Origin: Orbicella franksi
Taxonomy: Eukaryota
Direction: 5' to 3'
Length of the DNA stretch: 64,000 nucleotides
NCBI GenBank assembly: GCA_964199315.1
Contig: OZ116709.1
Span: 8,680,001-8,744,000, forward strand
Part shown: positions 11,812-25,345 of the stretch, one piece after another
Layout: every line of letters begins with the position of its first letter
How positions within the stretch are numbered: the first letter of the stretch is position 1
Translations under genes and position numbers: made by a program
Notes under the pieces: generated by a model
Database searches by the model: none
Seen by the model: the letters and a program-made list of their open reading frames with translations, nothing else
What the model was told of the DNA's origin: nothing

Positions 11812-14800
11812 ATGATGACATCCGTTGAAAGCCCGGAAGGTCAGCTCAACACACGTGCCGGACTGGCTCTGGCGGGATGCACCAGTTCCATACTTCAGGG
11901 ACAAGAGTTCGATTTCGGTGAGTAGCCTTAAAATCGTGCTGCGTTTTATCTGCTTTATTGGCGTCCTGCCTGTCTGCCGTGCAAAGCTCGCCGTTTCCTA
12001 TATTCCTGACGTAATGGAAATTGTAACGACCCTATGGCTTCCTTGAGTTACATTACAATAGTACCGTCAAACATGCCTTGAGTCACATGCTGTGGTGCAT
12101 CTAAAAACCAAAGCCGACTTCTTGATTGTGTTTTCTGCCAGATCGTCACGTTGAATCGCTCATCCCGTACTCACATCCGTCAAACTTCTACGAGGAAATG
12201 CACGGAGCAGCGACCACAATCCCAAGCCAAGCGGTTCAGTCGGGATATTCTCAAATCCACACCATGGCGTTCGGCTTCTCGTCAGCTCTCCCGCACGGCC
12301 AGTTGAGGTCGGACACCATCGAAGTCGAACTCGAGAATAAAGATCTTTGGGACAAGTTCCACGAGATAGGGACAGAGATGATCATTACGAAAACAGGACG
12401 GTAAGATGAGACAGCTAAATGAAGTACACTCCATTCTCCTAACTCTCTTGTGTTGATATTTCTTCAGATTTCCGCCCAAAATAATGCGAAAAGTCTCCAC
12501 CGATTATCAAAGCAGACGGGAAAAACCTGCTAACAAGGAATCCACCAGTCACTTACTCTAACTCTTAGTTTGCACTTGAATTTGCCAAACGCCTGTATTT
12601 TGGACCAAATAATGGGAGGTCGAAGCAAACAAATAATTACACTCAAAGAGTTTGACAGCGCTGTCGTGAAATACATGTGTAATGATAAGAGTTCATGTTT
12701 CAACAGTCATCGTTTAACTTCATTCGATTTACGCAGCTGTCAAACCCTCCAAAACGTTCTAACGAAGTGTTTATTTCCATCCTTTTTCTATTAGCGCTAG
12801 GTACTCTCTCAATATTGTGGAACCCATTTCGAAGATACTTCACAGTTTATAAAAATATTTGTTTCGGGTCGCGCCATGCTGTAAATTGAGAAAGCTAAAC
12901 ATATCCTACGTGAATGCGTTAAGTGCGGGGTGGAACGGGCAGAGTCTCTGAAGGCTAAACGCCCGATTTCTTCCCTCTAAATGAGTTCCCTTTTTTAAGA
13001 CACTGTAATACTTAGTTTGGAATGCACTGAAACAGACCCACTGCGGCGACTTTAACTGAGTGTGTCTCGTCTAATAAACTCGCTAGGTTGTCGAAGAAAT
13101 CTTACAAAACCAACAAGCTGATGGCAATGGGACAGAAACCTCTCAACACAAAACACTTCACAGCAGTTACGTCCATCCTAAATCTCTTCCTAACGCAGAG
13201 AGACTAACATTAAATCTTTGCGTTTTTGTCCACAGACGTATGTTTCCCGTAATTAGAGTTAATATAAGCGGCTTAAACCCCAAGGAGGAATACGTCTTGG
13301 TCTTAGACAGTATTCCAGGAGACGATAACCGGTACAAGTTTCACAACTCCGAGTGGTCAGTGACGGGCAAGGCAGAGCCCCTGATGCCAACGAGAATCTT
13401 TATTCATCCTGACTCACCAGGGACCGGCTCACAGTGGATGAGACAAGTTGTGTCGTTTCAGAAGATGAAGTTGACAAACAATCATATGGATCAAATGGGA
13501 CACGTAAGTTATCTTGTCCATTCATGTTTTCAGCCTTCTTCGGTGATGAATTTTCCCTCCCGGACCATGTAACTAAAATCAGTAGAAGAAAAAGGTTGTT
13601 CTAACTTTATGGTCCTCCCCAAATCGCCTTGGATCATGACAACAGTCTTCAGATTTTTAACATATGGGAGTCTTAGAATATGGAAAAGCTCAGATAAAAT
13701 TCTTTGTAGTGAGAAAAGCTGAACGAAAATCTTTATATATTTTTCCTCCCGACAATTCAAGGTTATTTTTACAGGAACACGCAGATAGGAAAAAACAAGA
13801 CCCTGTCGTTTGAAATAAAAATATGATGCTTTTTACTGAATGAAATTTAAGGGCTCTCCACTATTGAAGGCAAAATGATAAGTTGACTGATCTTATCTTG
13901 AAATACTGTGTATTTTCTTGAATTTATAAACTGCTGTCAGTGGGACAATATTTGATTTTTTTTATTACCCTAACAACTAACATCAGAACATTTAGAGCAA
14001 AGTATGTTGTTCACTGCATAAAAATGTTTGGCGGTGTCTCGACTACAGTGTATATAAAACTACTTAAAGGCAAAACATTTGGAAACATCTGAAATGTCAA
14101 GACTTTTAAGAACTAAGACAAACATCCAGTGTCTTAGCTCGCTTCCATAAAATCAATCTCGAATTTTTTTGAATTGATCTTTGTCAAGAGATGGAAGATG
14201 TACAACATATGAACATAAAATTTTGTTTCGTAGCTGCATTTCGTCAGTAAATGTTTCATCTTGAGTGAAACACCAAAAAGAGAGTCATGGGTATTTTTAT
14301 TTCAAATTTGTGTCCATTTGTGAATCGCGTGGGCGTATGGAGATAAGATAAACTTGGCTTTGAAGACGATATAATGGACTAAGCTGTTGCAAAGCTATGT
14401 GACATTTTATTCTCAAAGGAAATCGTTGTTTAGATGTAAGTCAAATAATACTCGATATCTAAACGGTATGATTAACGTAGGGTCCATAATTAACGCTAAC
14501 GTGCTTTGAAATACCGTACTTTGCACAAAACAAGGGAGTGAACGATTTTGTCTCTGGTCGTCACAAACGGAACATTTGTTTGCACACCTCCATTCACGCT
14601 AAATCTATTGAAATGCGTAGAATAGAAACAAAAGACTTAATTGCCTTTGTTGAGAAACCAAAGAGCTTTGGAAAATAGATTTCTGGTCACAAAAACGGAT
14701 AGAAAGCTCTACCAGTGAAAGGGGTATTTCATTAATGGCTCTTTTCTCGTGCGCGCTAACTAACTTGACAGAACCATGTATTCGCGATAAACTTAGCGTA

Positions 14801-17800
14801 AACGCCGCTCGTACGTTCTGGCGAGATGACAATTTAAGTTTTGTGTTTCTTATTTGAAAAACGATGTAAACAAGTTGACAATAACATCAGCCGTGAGGAT
14901 ATTAACAAGTGATTTGGGGGCCGAGTTACCCCGCCCCTCCTAAGTGATTGTGAAAGCTTTTAACTTCGAAATGAAAATCAACACTTAGAAATCACAATGG
15001 CCAAGAGAAGGGGGTCAAACTGTGATTGGAACGCGAGATAAGACGATCAGTGGTTTTTAAAACGTTTAAAACTAATGACAAACACAGTAGGTAATTGCGA
15101 CAAATCGCAGCAAAACTCGACTATTTTTTCTTTTCTAATTAATGAACAAATGAATTGGATAGTAAGGGAGCAAGAGTGTGAGATAAAATGAAAAACGATA
15201 GAATTTTTTGCTGTTTTGTTATTTTGACAAGCACGCCCTATCGGTTCGTGGTAAAGTAGCTCCACAGTTTTAGACTATTCGGTACGTGTCATGGCTTTGG
15301 CACAGTAAATGTTAAGTCTTTTTCAGCTTTTTAGAGTGTCCTAGCCTCACTTTGCTTTCTAAAGTAACAATTCTTTTGATGTGTACGTCTTGTTTCTGTA
15401 TGATAACATGAGGAAAGAACTGGGACATTTTTGAGTCAGTGATCTTCGCAAACGTTGAGCCATTTGCGAACCTTTTGCCGAACCTTTTGAATAAGAGTAG
15501 TTTCTTATAACTCGAAACGTCCTCGACCACATCCATGAAAACACTATTCAGATATTGACTTGTTATATTCAAAATCCAATCATGATAAATCTTAGCTGAA
15601 AGCAATTCGAAGGAAATGAAATTTCTTCAACTGTTAACACCCATTGAAACATTTCATAACAATTGATTGGCGTCCGAAACGCATTCACTTTCATCATCAA
15701 ATTAAGCAAAAAAAACAAACGTTTCTTTAAGAAATTAATTCTCAAAGAATATTTGTGGTTCTTCGTCTCATCATTATCACATTTGTTCTTCCAGCTGGTA
15801 AAACTTAATTTACTTTAATAACCTTGAACGCCAACAGTGTTCTCGGTTCTTTGTGCTTATATTTCAACTAGGCCTCTCGCACTCTTGTGAATGGAGGTTT
15901 TACCTAACATCCAATCTTGTTTTCATACACTACAGGTTATTCTGAACTCCATGCACAAGTACCAGCCGCGTGTTCACATCATCCCAGCCAAGGATTACAG
16001 CCCGTACGGTTTGAGAAAGGGTTCGTTTTACACCTTCGTCTTTCCTGAGACTCAATTCATGGGAGTGACTGCCTATCAAAACCCGAGGGTGAGTGCAAGT
16101 TGTTAATGACTTACAGCTGAGTTCAAATAGCTCATTTAAGCAATGAAAAGGACGATTTAGCTTGATAAGGTGTGGATGAAAAGTGTGCCGCAAAAATATG
16201 CAGCTTTGCAGACTCGTTCAGGGCGAGTGAGCTTAGGTGGCCAGGCGACCCATTCAATACGAGGGTAGTTTTTGTGATCAACCACTATAACATATAGAGA
16301 GAGTAGTGGATAATTCTGTTAGGAAAGAAATCAGCAATAGCTACTAGTTGAGTGAACTTCGGTAGTTTGAAAACTGTCGGATTGTTTTTTCACTCGCTTG
16401 AAACAAACCTCGCCCTCGATAGCGTACTTCATCAACCTAAGCGCATTCTTCGCAATATTAGCGCAAGTTGAAAACAAATTGTTTGGCAAAGACAAAGCTT
16501 AGCAACGAAAGAATGTTTTTTCGCAAACTGAGTTTACCTGAACATTGTGGAAGAGAGCTAAAAAGTAATAACAACATAAAATAACATGGCAATAAAGCAA
16601 GGAAAGGTGATGGTTCTTGTACATAGCATTTTGTCCATATAAATTGAGAACGAGTTCTCATGCACATACTCTGGATATAAAAGAAACCGAGTGTAAACTT
16701 ATACAAATGTACAGCATTTTGCACTCAATCCCAATATCAGGGAAGAGGTTTCCCTCTTTTAAAGCTAGGCTATGAATTTCCTGTTGGAGAACCAAATAAA
16801 GGTACCGCTTTCATTTTATTAACTGTGGAGTTTACTTGAAGTCAGCAAAGTTTTCAACCGATAATATCATTTGATATCAGTATCAAAATGGAGATATTTG
16901 CTTTGATTCTTCCAAACCTTGCCCTGTGAGGGCATTCGTTTCAAACCTGAATAGCCAAATTTTGATAGGTTTTAGACTAAAACCGAAAAAAATGGATGCT
17001 CTCGCAGGCTATGCAGAAAAGTTTTATTGCTCTACCGCGTGCGTATTCTATGGTCATTGGCCGATGCGTGATATTGAGGTAAACGGCTTTATTTGTAGGC
17101 TCCATTTGAACATGGAGAAAAAGAAACCTATATATTTTTGATTGATTTTAACTTCACCAGTTATCTTCGGATATGTAAGAAATTGGAAAAGCCAAACAGG
17201 GCTTTGATAAACAGAAAAGACTTAGCAAGATTACTGTGACGAACCAAGGTTTTGGTTTTCTCTCGCAAAAAATTACTTTTCACCAGTTTGAATGTTTGGG
17301 TTTACAATCGCGAAGATTCTATCTAAAAGCAATTCTTCAGTGGGCAGTTCTCATTTATTTTTTGTCTGTGTATAAAGCCAATGCCACGAGACTTTAAACC
17401 TAATTTCTACAGCTGTGGAGACGGGAGACAAAAGCTGTGAACCTACAACAGGGTGAGGCTGACCCACAAGAGCAATGTTCCAACTTAGAAACAGCAGAAA
17501 TGTATCAGTGAATGACAATGATTTATTTTTCTCTATGCTCTTTCTATTATAAAACAGATCAGTTAGGAGATCGAGAGAATGTTATACTAGAACATGAAAT
17601 CATTCGAAACTGACGATGAGTTACTGATAATTTAAGGTCGCCAAAGCAAATATCCAAACAGATACTTAAAAACAAAGGTATAGACAGACAAACGCGTAAA
17701 CAAATAAATATAAAAATAGACTGGGTAACATATTTTATTGAGAAAAAAACTCCTAACTTAATTCACTTTGATAAAGCAAGGTTAAGAATTATATTTCCTT

Positions 17801-20800
17801 CCTGGCGATTTATCGCAGTCAGTAAAGGCTTCTTAGATAGCAAACAAGATCAAACTTTCTTCTATCTTTGAGAGCGGAAACCTTTCCTGTCAAGCCGATT
17901 TCTTTCACAATAGCTCTAGTATAAGTGAAAAATAATTTACTCAGCTCTTGACGAGAGTAAGTTTAATTTCACTTAAAGCGGCTGCAGAAACTTTCCATGA
18001 TACTCTAATAATTCAGTTTAATTATTTAACAGTCTTCCAATACACAGAAATTTCATTCTAGAGAATTGACAGTTTCTCTGTTAGCGAAAGTCAAGAAACT
18101 GTCTCGTAAAGTGAAATTCGCGTGTCGGGGCTTAAGTGTTGCAGTTTTAGTGTTGCAAGGCGGCGCTTTTGATTGCTTCATGCGGTTTGCAATGCTCGCT
18201 GCACAAAGATATGATATGCACCGGTTAACCGCTAATTTCGTCGTATTAATAGCTTTCCGCATAACATGTTTGTTTTTCCTGGGTATTTCCCGTGTACACG
18301 AAGTTCGTTCACGTACAACTTGCCATCGAAGTGGTACAACTGCGACGTAGCCATCGGAACATGACATTTAAGTTTCTCGACAAACAGAAACTTGCTGGAG
18401 AAATGATTCACTCTTTTGGAACTTTTTATGGAGAACAATCGACATGATTGCAACACAAGTAGACTACAAAGGAGATTTTCTGTTCAACGAAAATTACGCA
18501 CGGAAAACCACAAACTGGGCAATCCGCAGCTTTTAATGTCTAGTATTTGCCGATGGAAGTGTAATAGAAACGACAGCCTTAGCATTTTTGTGTGAAAGAG
18601 ACCTTTTGTAGGTGATGATGTTGATTAAAAGCTTATATTTCTCTTTTACTTTTCAACGAATGTTATTGCATGTTTGATGCTCGATGAGCATATTCTGGAG
18701 TATTTGACTGAAATCGTTCGCTTTAATTCCACATTTAAGACTGGTACTGGGCAATTTTTCCGCACCCTAATTGGACATTTCCGCCCATAATTTGCCTCCT
18801 TTATATTTGATGAGATCACGGCACGTAGCATGTTGAAATCTCTCCAGAAAACAGGCAGACAGCTAACTAACTGGGGATGCGTTTTCATCTTTTACAGATA
18901 ACTCAACTGAAGATCGAAAACAACCCGTTTGCAAAAGGTTTTCGAGGAAGCTGTAACAGCACCATGCATCATATTGCAATGAAAAGGTACGTGGGAACAC
19001 TGCGAGGAGTTTACGTTAACATTTTGATCATTTGCCATATTTAACTCAATGGGTACTAAATACATTTAACGCTGGGTATGCAAGCAGCACCAGGAAAACT
19101 TACAAAAATGTTACTTTTTACTTGCACGCTTTCCGGTTTCTTTAGTTGAAGAAAGACAGCGAGATATAAGAGTTTGGGGAAATTATCAGTCTAGAATTTT
19201 AGTCGCCTTCATCTCATCAAACCCTGCCGCGGCTTGTCTGCGGTTTTGGTAACGACATTTCGTTTTCAAGTGTAGGCCATGATATTCAGGTTTTTATCCG
19301 GTTATTACATTCGAAAATGGGAACACGTGCTGGAATTTGTAAGCAGCCGCTTAATTCCCAGGCTAAATCAGATAATACAGGGTTTAAATTTGTGTCGGAA
19401 GCAAAACGGCGGTGAACGGCAAATGCAAACAGATTATTTCTCACACTGTGCAGCATCTTTTGCTCCGGTATCTCCGGACAAGTGTTTGCTAAGTAACAAT
19501 TACAGGAAACGTGTTCTCCGATTTGGAATTGAGATCTTCGAAGGGAAACGATAAAGTCCCGAGTTTCATTGTTTCAACTTAAGTTTTACAAAACTTTCAT
19601 CATAGCTAATAAAGGGGTATAGTTACGAAGCCCGCCGGCAAACACCAAAGTAGCAAACAAAGATGGCAAGATTTATGTTGGAACGTCCACGACCATGCAC
19701 AATCTTTTGTCTTTCGCTCATACACTTTGCATGAGTTACGTAATCAAAACATTTATATTGGTTAGTTCCTCGGTCAGTAGTAAACAGCTCTTTTGTGTTT
19801 TGTGCATGGTCAAGGCCAAAAAAGAGAACAGAACCATACAACGAGGAACTTTGTCGAGTTTCATAACCATTCCCCTCAATTAACTATGCTTTGATAAAGT
19901 AGATAAGTGAGTCTCAAGTTTTCAATTTCTCCATATTCTAAACCACTACATTTCCTTCCTCATCATTGCCAGAAATACAATGTACTCACTTCCTGATGGA
20001 ATTCCTGTTATTTGCCGCGTATTTCTCTAAAAAATCGATCCACAGACTTCGCGCAGTCTCTCTTTTGCGCGAAAATCTGCGAGGAAGAACGCAAACAAAG
20101 TTCGCGGTATCGCCGCTTGCCTCTTCTCGTTCGTTTGGAAAAGGGAAACTGCTCACAGACTATCAAACCATTATTTTCACATTTCTTAGCATGTAGTAAT
20201 TCTTAGCTTCTCTTCAGAATGCTTGAAATACATGTACGAGAGAGCGCCGCTTTAAATAGGCAATGCGGTCACCAGATAAACCAATAAAAACAGAACAAAA
20301 CCCGAGGCGCCAGCAAATTAAATTCACACTTATGTACTTTTAAAACCTTTAGTTCCAGACTCTTAACTTGATTGTTTCACCTCAAAGAACCGGTTTTACT
20401 CACCGAAATATTAATCTAATTTAGCTATACAAAGCAAGAAATCTGTCTCTCTTTTGAGCGCGTAATATGTTCCCAATGAAACCCTTGTTTCGAAGGAAAT
20501 GTCAAAATTCTTCCCACTAGTTTTCATACATTTACTTTCATTCACCTGGGAGAATTGCTCTCATATACGGTAACCAGACATTTTTCCTGGCGTGAGCATT
20601 TAATCAGTTGATTTTATATGAAGATAATGAAGAGAGCACACTAATTAGCCACGGCTGGCACTTAATTTGTTATAAAATTAATAGATTGAAATTATATTCT
20701 CATTGTTGCATTTCAGAAAGTCCCCAGACGACTACAACGACACAGACTGCCTTTCCATCTCCCCTGCGGGATCAACGTCAAGCGGTGAATCCGGTAAACG

Positions 20801-22163
20801 CGCATTCCAGGACTCTCCGCCAAAATTCCCGGACATCAACGACCCCTCCCCTCCCCCGATGATGGGGCACACGGGTAAGTGGGCGTGGTCGACAATGCGA
20901 ATACCTTGTTACGTTGTTTGTTTCCGTACCCCACAGAGAGTAATCCGCGAGTTTAAATTTTCCTGTTAACGTGAAAGCCTTATTATAATCAACTTCCTAT
21001 ATTCTTGTAATCACTGCGTGGGTATAAGTTGATCCTTTTCCGTTTCACAGAACGCCAGGGATACAAAACGTGTTTCTGATTTCAGTTGTTACGTTATGCC
21101 GGTGGAAAAATCTAGCAAAGGGTAAAAATCCTGATGCGTTCGATCCGATTTTTTCTTTCAGGGAGGGTGGCTGTAACATAGCTAGACTAAAGGTTAATAT
21201 CATCAGCCAGGGTATTAGGCATAAACAGAGATTAAGTGACTGCTGTTGCTTGAGTGGACCTATCTCAAATCAGCTTTTCTTTTCGCTCTTTCGTATCTTT
21301 GCAAAAGCCAACGTGGAACACAATCAGATAGAAAAACAGCTCTTTATTAGGCGAATTCAAGATGGTTGCCTGCAACGCGGTGTAAGATTAGACTGTAGGC
21401 AATGACTGTTTTCCATGGTGAGCTATGATTACTGAACTACAACTGATCCTGACGGGTCTACACCCATATAAGGGATATATCCATCACTGCAAGACTAAAG
21501 GGTAAGAAAAAAAGAGAAAAAACAGGGGGGAGGGCAGGGGAGATAAAAAAAAACCCTAATATATTCATTCTGAGACAAAAACCTAAAATAGTTGTTAAAA
21601 TTAGGTTATTCTAATCTAAGTGCCTCCTTAAATTGTGGAAAATTTACTGGTTGTTTGTTCTGTTAACAGGAAGCGCGTTTGGACATGTCGTGTTTCCTCG
21701 TCGACTGTCAGAAACCTTCGAGTCATCTTGCGCCTTCACATCGCTTCAGAGCAGCTGTCGACAGCAATCTTTCTGCTCCGAGAGGCCTGCGGCGACAACA
21801 CCGCTGACCACATCTTCAACATTGAATCTGACCCCACATCCTTACCTGCACAGCCTTTCAATTAACTCTCTCACACCGCTGTCCTCGACGAATGCGCTCT
21901 CGCATCCGTGCCATGCTCCTCGGCCACTTCCACATCCGGGATACATTGGACACCCCAATGAGCATACAATTCACCATACAGCGAGTCATATTACTACGCA
22001 TGCGCATATGCACTCGACGTTGAACGGGTATCCTGACATTTTACGTCAGGACTGCCGACCCGATTATGGACTGGGGAGAGATGATTTCAGCAAACCGCTG
22101 ACCATATCTACGACGTTTCATGCTGGTTTTCCGGGAAACCCTCCGCCATATCCTTACCATTGA
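11812..22163 (+). CDS. Tbx4/5: T-box transcription factor Tbx4/5, 508 aa; join(11812..11917,12142..12400,13236..13503,15936..16088,18898..18986,20717..20874,21670..22163)
   Basis: All introns are GT-AG with matching phases; the total is 1527 nt with no internal stop. T-box: [23 protein letters not shown]...WSVTGKAEP...[17 protein letters not shown]...[11 protein letters not shown]...[32 protein letters not shown] and [14 protein letters not shown] are TBX5-type residues. Confidence 0.93.
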
Positions 22164-23433
22164 GAAGAACATGTGGCCATAAGGGGTTAACATTCTATAT
22201 ATTTAGCGTTCAGATCCGTGCAAAGAGTTTGGGCGTCCTCAAGCCGGTATGGTTGCGTTCACTTCAAGTTCTATAAGTTACTTTTATAATCAGGTTATTT
22301 ATCAGGTGTGGTCATAGTCCAAATCAGCGTCATTCCTTTAGACAAGCAAAAATAATAGTCGTGCAAAGAAAACTGGGGACTGATTGAATCACTATAGAAC
22401 GCCTATCTATTTAAACAACTCACGTTGTTCATTCATTAGTTGTTTAACAGAAGCCCACACCACTTCAGTAGCTTGTACATGTTTGAGGAGTCTATCCCCT
22501 TTGTAACTTCATTACGACAAGAAATCTCTTCAAAGGACGTTAAAGATGATTTCCAAAGCGTACTGCGCAGTCTCAGCACTCCAATCCTCGATGAAATGCG
22601 AATTAATGTTATTCTTTACCAACTGCTTACCTTATATTTTTTGGCATTTTAAATTCTTTTGTCCAACAGTTTCTTTAATTCCTGCAGCTAAAAAGTTGTT
22701 TCATCTAGTAATATCAGAAAGAACGAAGCTTAAAGGTCATTAAGTTTGGCATCCATAATGGCGGTCATCATAAAGTTTTGACCTTACTACATGACAGTGG
22801 CTGCGAATTAAAACAATCAAAACAAAAACGTAAATAAACCCTCGAGAGTGGGCAATACGGACTGGAAATCACTTATTTCAGATACCGATATTTGCGTGAC
22901 TCGTTTTGCCGTAACGCAAAGTCAGGTAAGTAACGCTAAGGTCTGCGTGCAGTATTCAATCATGACAGGAGCTCCCAATTGTGACGTCATTATTTCTTCA
23001 ATATAATATTTAACAGTTTGCTTTACAACTGCTATTTATATTAAGAGAAAATGTCATAGTATTAAACATTAGATAGAAAACGGTTTGGTATCAAAGATTT
23101 TAATGAACGATTGTTTTTTTTTCATTCAAACAAGTGCACTGCCTGATTAACCAGCAATTTCAAGCAATTCAAATAAATATTAGATACGTAAATATCAAGA
23201 ACGTAAAACAAATTCTTCCGAAATGAAGTAGCGTCTGAATAGTGGTTAGCATTTCATAAATATTTAAGTAGAGTATACGACAGTTTTATTATTTATTTTC
23301 TAGTCCCTTTACGTTCTGTAGTCAGCATAGAAATTCTCCGTACCCTTCTTTGCTCTTTCCCGTACATCGGACTCAGAGAAATTACTGCCAGTGATTGAAA
23401 GGTACTGCACAAAGTGGTCGACTTTCCTTATTG

Positions 23434-23619
23434 CAGGGGCGGACTTAGGGAGTGGGGGGGAGGGGGGGTAATGTCTACTTTGTGGCATCGCTAGTATTTC
23501 TGGTGTAAAATTTTTTAATTAGGTTCCAATTCTCAAATTGCAACATTTTTGGGCCATGCCCCATTGATTCTGCAATCCCAAGGTGCCAGCCACCCCTCGT
23601 TGTACAATCTCCGCCCCTG
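23434..23619. mobile_element. MITE with CAGGGGCGGA TIRs and 5-bp TSD (TATTG)
   Basis: CAGGGGCGGA...TCCGCCCCTG flanked by TATTG at 23429-23433 and 23620-23624. Confidence 0.8.
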
Positions 23620-24199
23620 TATTGCGTGACATAGATGTAACGCAATGTTCAATCGTGCACAGGAGTAAAACCAGCAATAACATTTTAATTGTCGTTTAGT
23701 TATTATTAAAATGAATTACTTTTAGAGGAGTTTGTAATGAACTGTAACAAAAAAAAATCAATGCTCAAGTCATTAATTATATTTATTTTGAGTTCTTGCT
23801 TTTGTGGTTTATTGTAAATTTTTAGAAAGGAAGATCTCATGACGACAAGTAAGAAAAAAATTCAACAATATGTTTTTCCGTTTCTTCGAGGATAGGATTT
23901 ATTTCAGAATATTTATTATCTGTAGAGAAATATAATACATTGGTTTAATTTTTGACGTCAATAGAACTGCTGTATAGTAATGAAATTTTTAATTAGCACA
24001 TGAATGGGATTAGAGCAGCTAAATGCTTGTTTGTACAGTTGAAATAAAATAGAAGTTGTGAGTGGACTATTGTATCTGTGTTTTCGACTTGGAAATAAAA
24101 GGTACGATGTACATCCCAGTAAAGAGCTCCCTCCCTCCTTCCACCCCCCCCTCCCCGGGTATTAAGCCAGAAAGGCAACAGCTCTTCGCCACACATGTT

Positions 24200-24235
24200 A
24201 CGTCAGCTAAATCACGGCTCGAACACGTGATCAAT
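24200..24235 (+). promoter_or_regulatory. Conserved ACGTCAGC plus CACGTG (E-box) element upstream of array genes
   Basis: AACACGTGATCA lies 176-187 nt before the ATG of copies A (24224), B (27553), C (31885) and D (36585). Confidence 0.5.
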
Positions 24236-24410
24236 CTACAGTATTTAATTAAGTAGAGGGGTCTTTCTCTTAGAAGTTGTCGTTGTTGCCTATGTCTCAT
24301 TAAACTCCAGTAACTCTGCCGTTGGCCCAGCATTACTGGCAGCGATTTCCTATATACTCCGGACACTCGCCGAGAACACTTTGGAACAGCACATATAACA
24401 TCCATAGGAA

Positions 24411-25345
24411 ATGTTGCCACAAAGCCGGAAGTATTTCCGCTTTTGCTTCGGCTTAGTTTTGGCCTTCGTTTTCGTACCGCCTGCGTCTCCAACACCCGAA
24501 GTGAGCGTTCCAAAAGGGTGCATAGTGGTAGCTTCGTATGCCTTTAAGACTGACTGGAAAGAGACTAACCTCCTAGATGCGAAACTCTTGAAGAACTCCA
24601 TCAATTGCATACAGGAACTATACACGATATGGAAGGAAGCTCGAAACATGCCACAAGATGTACGAGATCTTGTTTGTAAGGCATCACATCTGGGTAAAAC
24701 CACATCAGTCATTACCGAGAGAGAAAAACTGTCGACCTTCGTGCCTCTTTATCTGCTTTGTAGAACCTTTGATCTGTACGATCGGACAATGCGGTTGGAC
24801 ATCGACTTCAAAACTTATCGCAAAGAGTTCGATTTGCTGCTGGTGGAACTCCACCAAGTCACAGAGTTGATAGACAAGGAGCTGATGCCGCTGTGGGAAC
24901 ACCTGGACAGCGCCACTTTGCATGTGATAACGTCAAAGCAAATCAGAAAACTAAGACGCTTCCATGCAACCCTCAGCAGCTCGCTCAAGTCATCTACGAA
25001 GACCTCAAGAAAAGTCACAACAGTAGGAAGTGGGCTGGTGTGTACGGTGTCGCCTCCATCGCGGTCTGTGTAGGATCGATTTTTATTGGAAATGTTCCTG
25101 GCAGCATGGCATGTGCTGCAGGTGTCATCAGTGGCATCAGTGGTATCTCCCTGACGAGCGCCATCTACAAGTTAACGTCACTACTGGACGACATGACGAT
25201 TATGGCCAACGAAATCGAAGAATATCGGATTCTTCTTGAGCAGAAACCAATTCTAGGTATCTCCTTTGGGATTTCCAACTCATTTCTGTTTCTTTCTGTC
25301 ATTTTATGGCTTTTCTACAAGCGTGAAGCCCAGGAAAGGGACTAA
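24411..25345 (+). pseudogene. Array copy A (divergent paralog): signal-like N-terminus, helical body, hydrophobic hairpin, extra C-terminal TM; one -1 frameshift near 24972; 311 aa if repaired
   Basis: ORF 24411-25073 aligns to copy B up to RFHATL; ORF 24893-25345 continues QQLAQVIYEDL... in the homologous register. Shared motifs: TYR, ID.EL.P.WE, EI..Y and four Cys. Confidence 0.75.

Noticed and set aside
18053-18367. Overlapping ~100-aa ORFs on both strands in Tbx4/5 intron 4
   Set aside because: No recognisable domain or splice support; at most non-coding regulatory sequence, which cannot be judged without alignment.
21633-21669. Apparent signal peptide [17 protein letters not shown] on the 176-aa ORF
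   Set aside because: It is the polypyrimidine tract and acceptor of the last Tbx4/5 intron; the exon begins at 21670 in the matching phase.
24960-24985. Programmed -1 ribosomal frameshift in copy A
   Set aside because: No X-XXY-YYZ slippery heptamer or evident downstream structure, and the paralogs are in frame.
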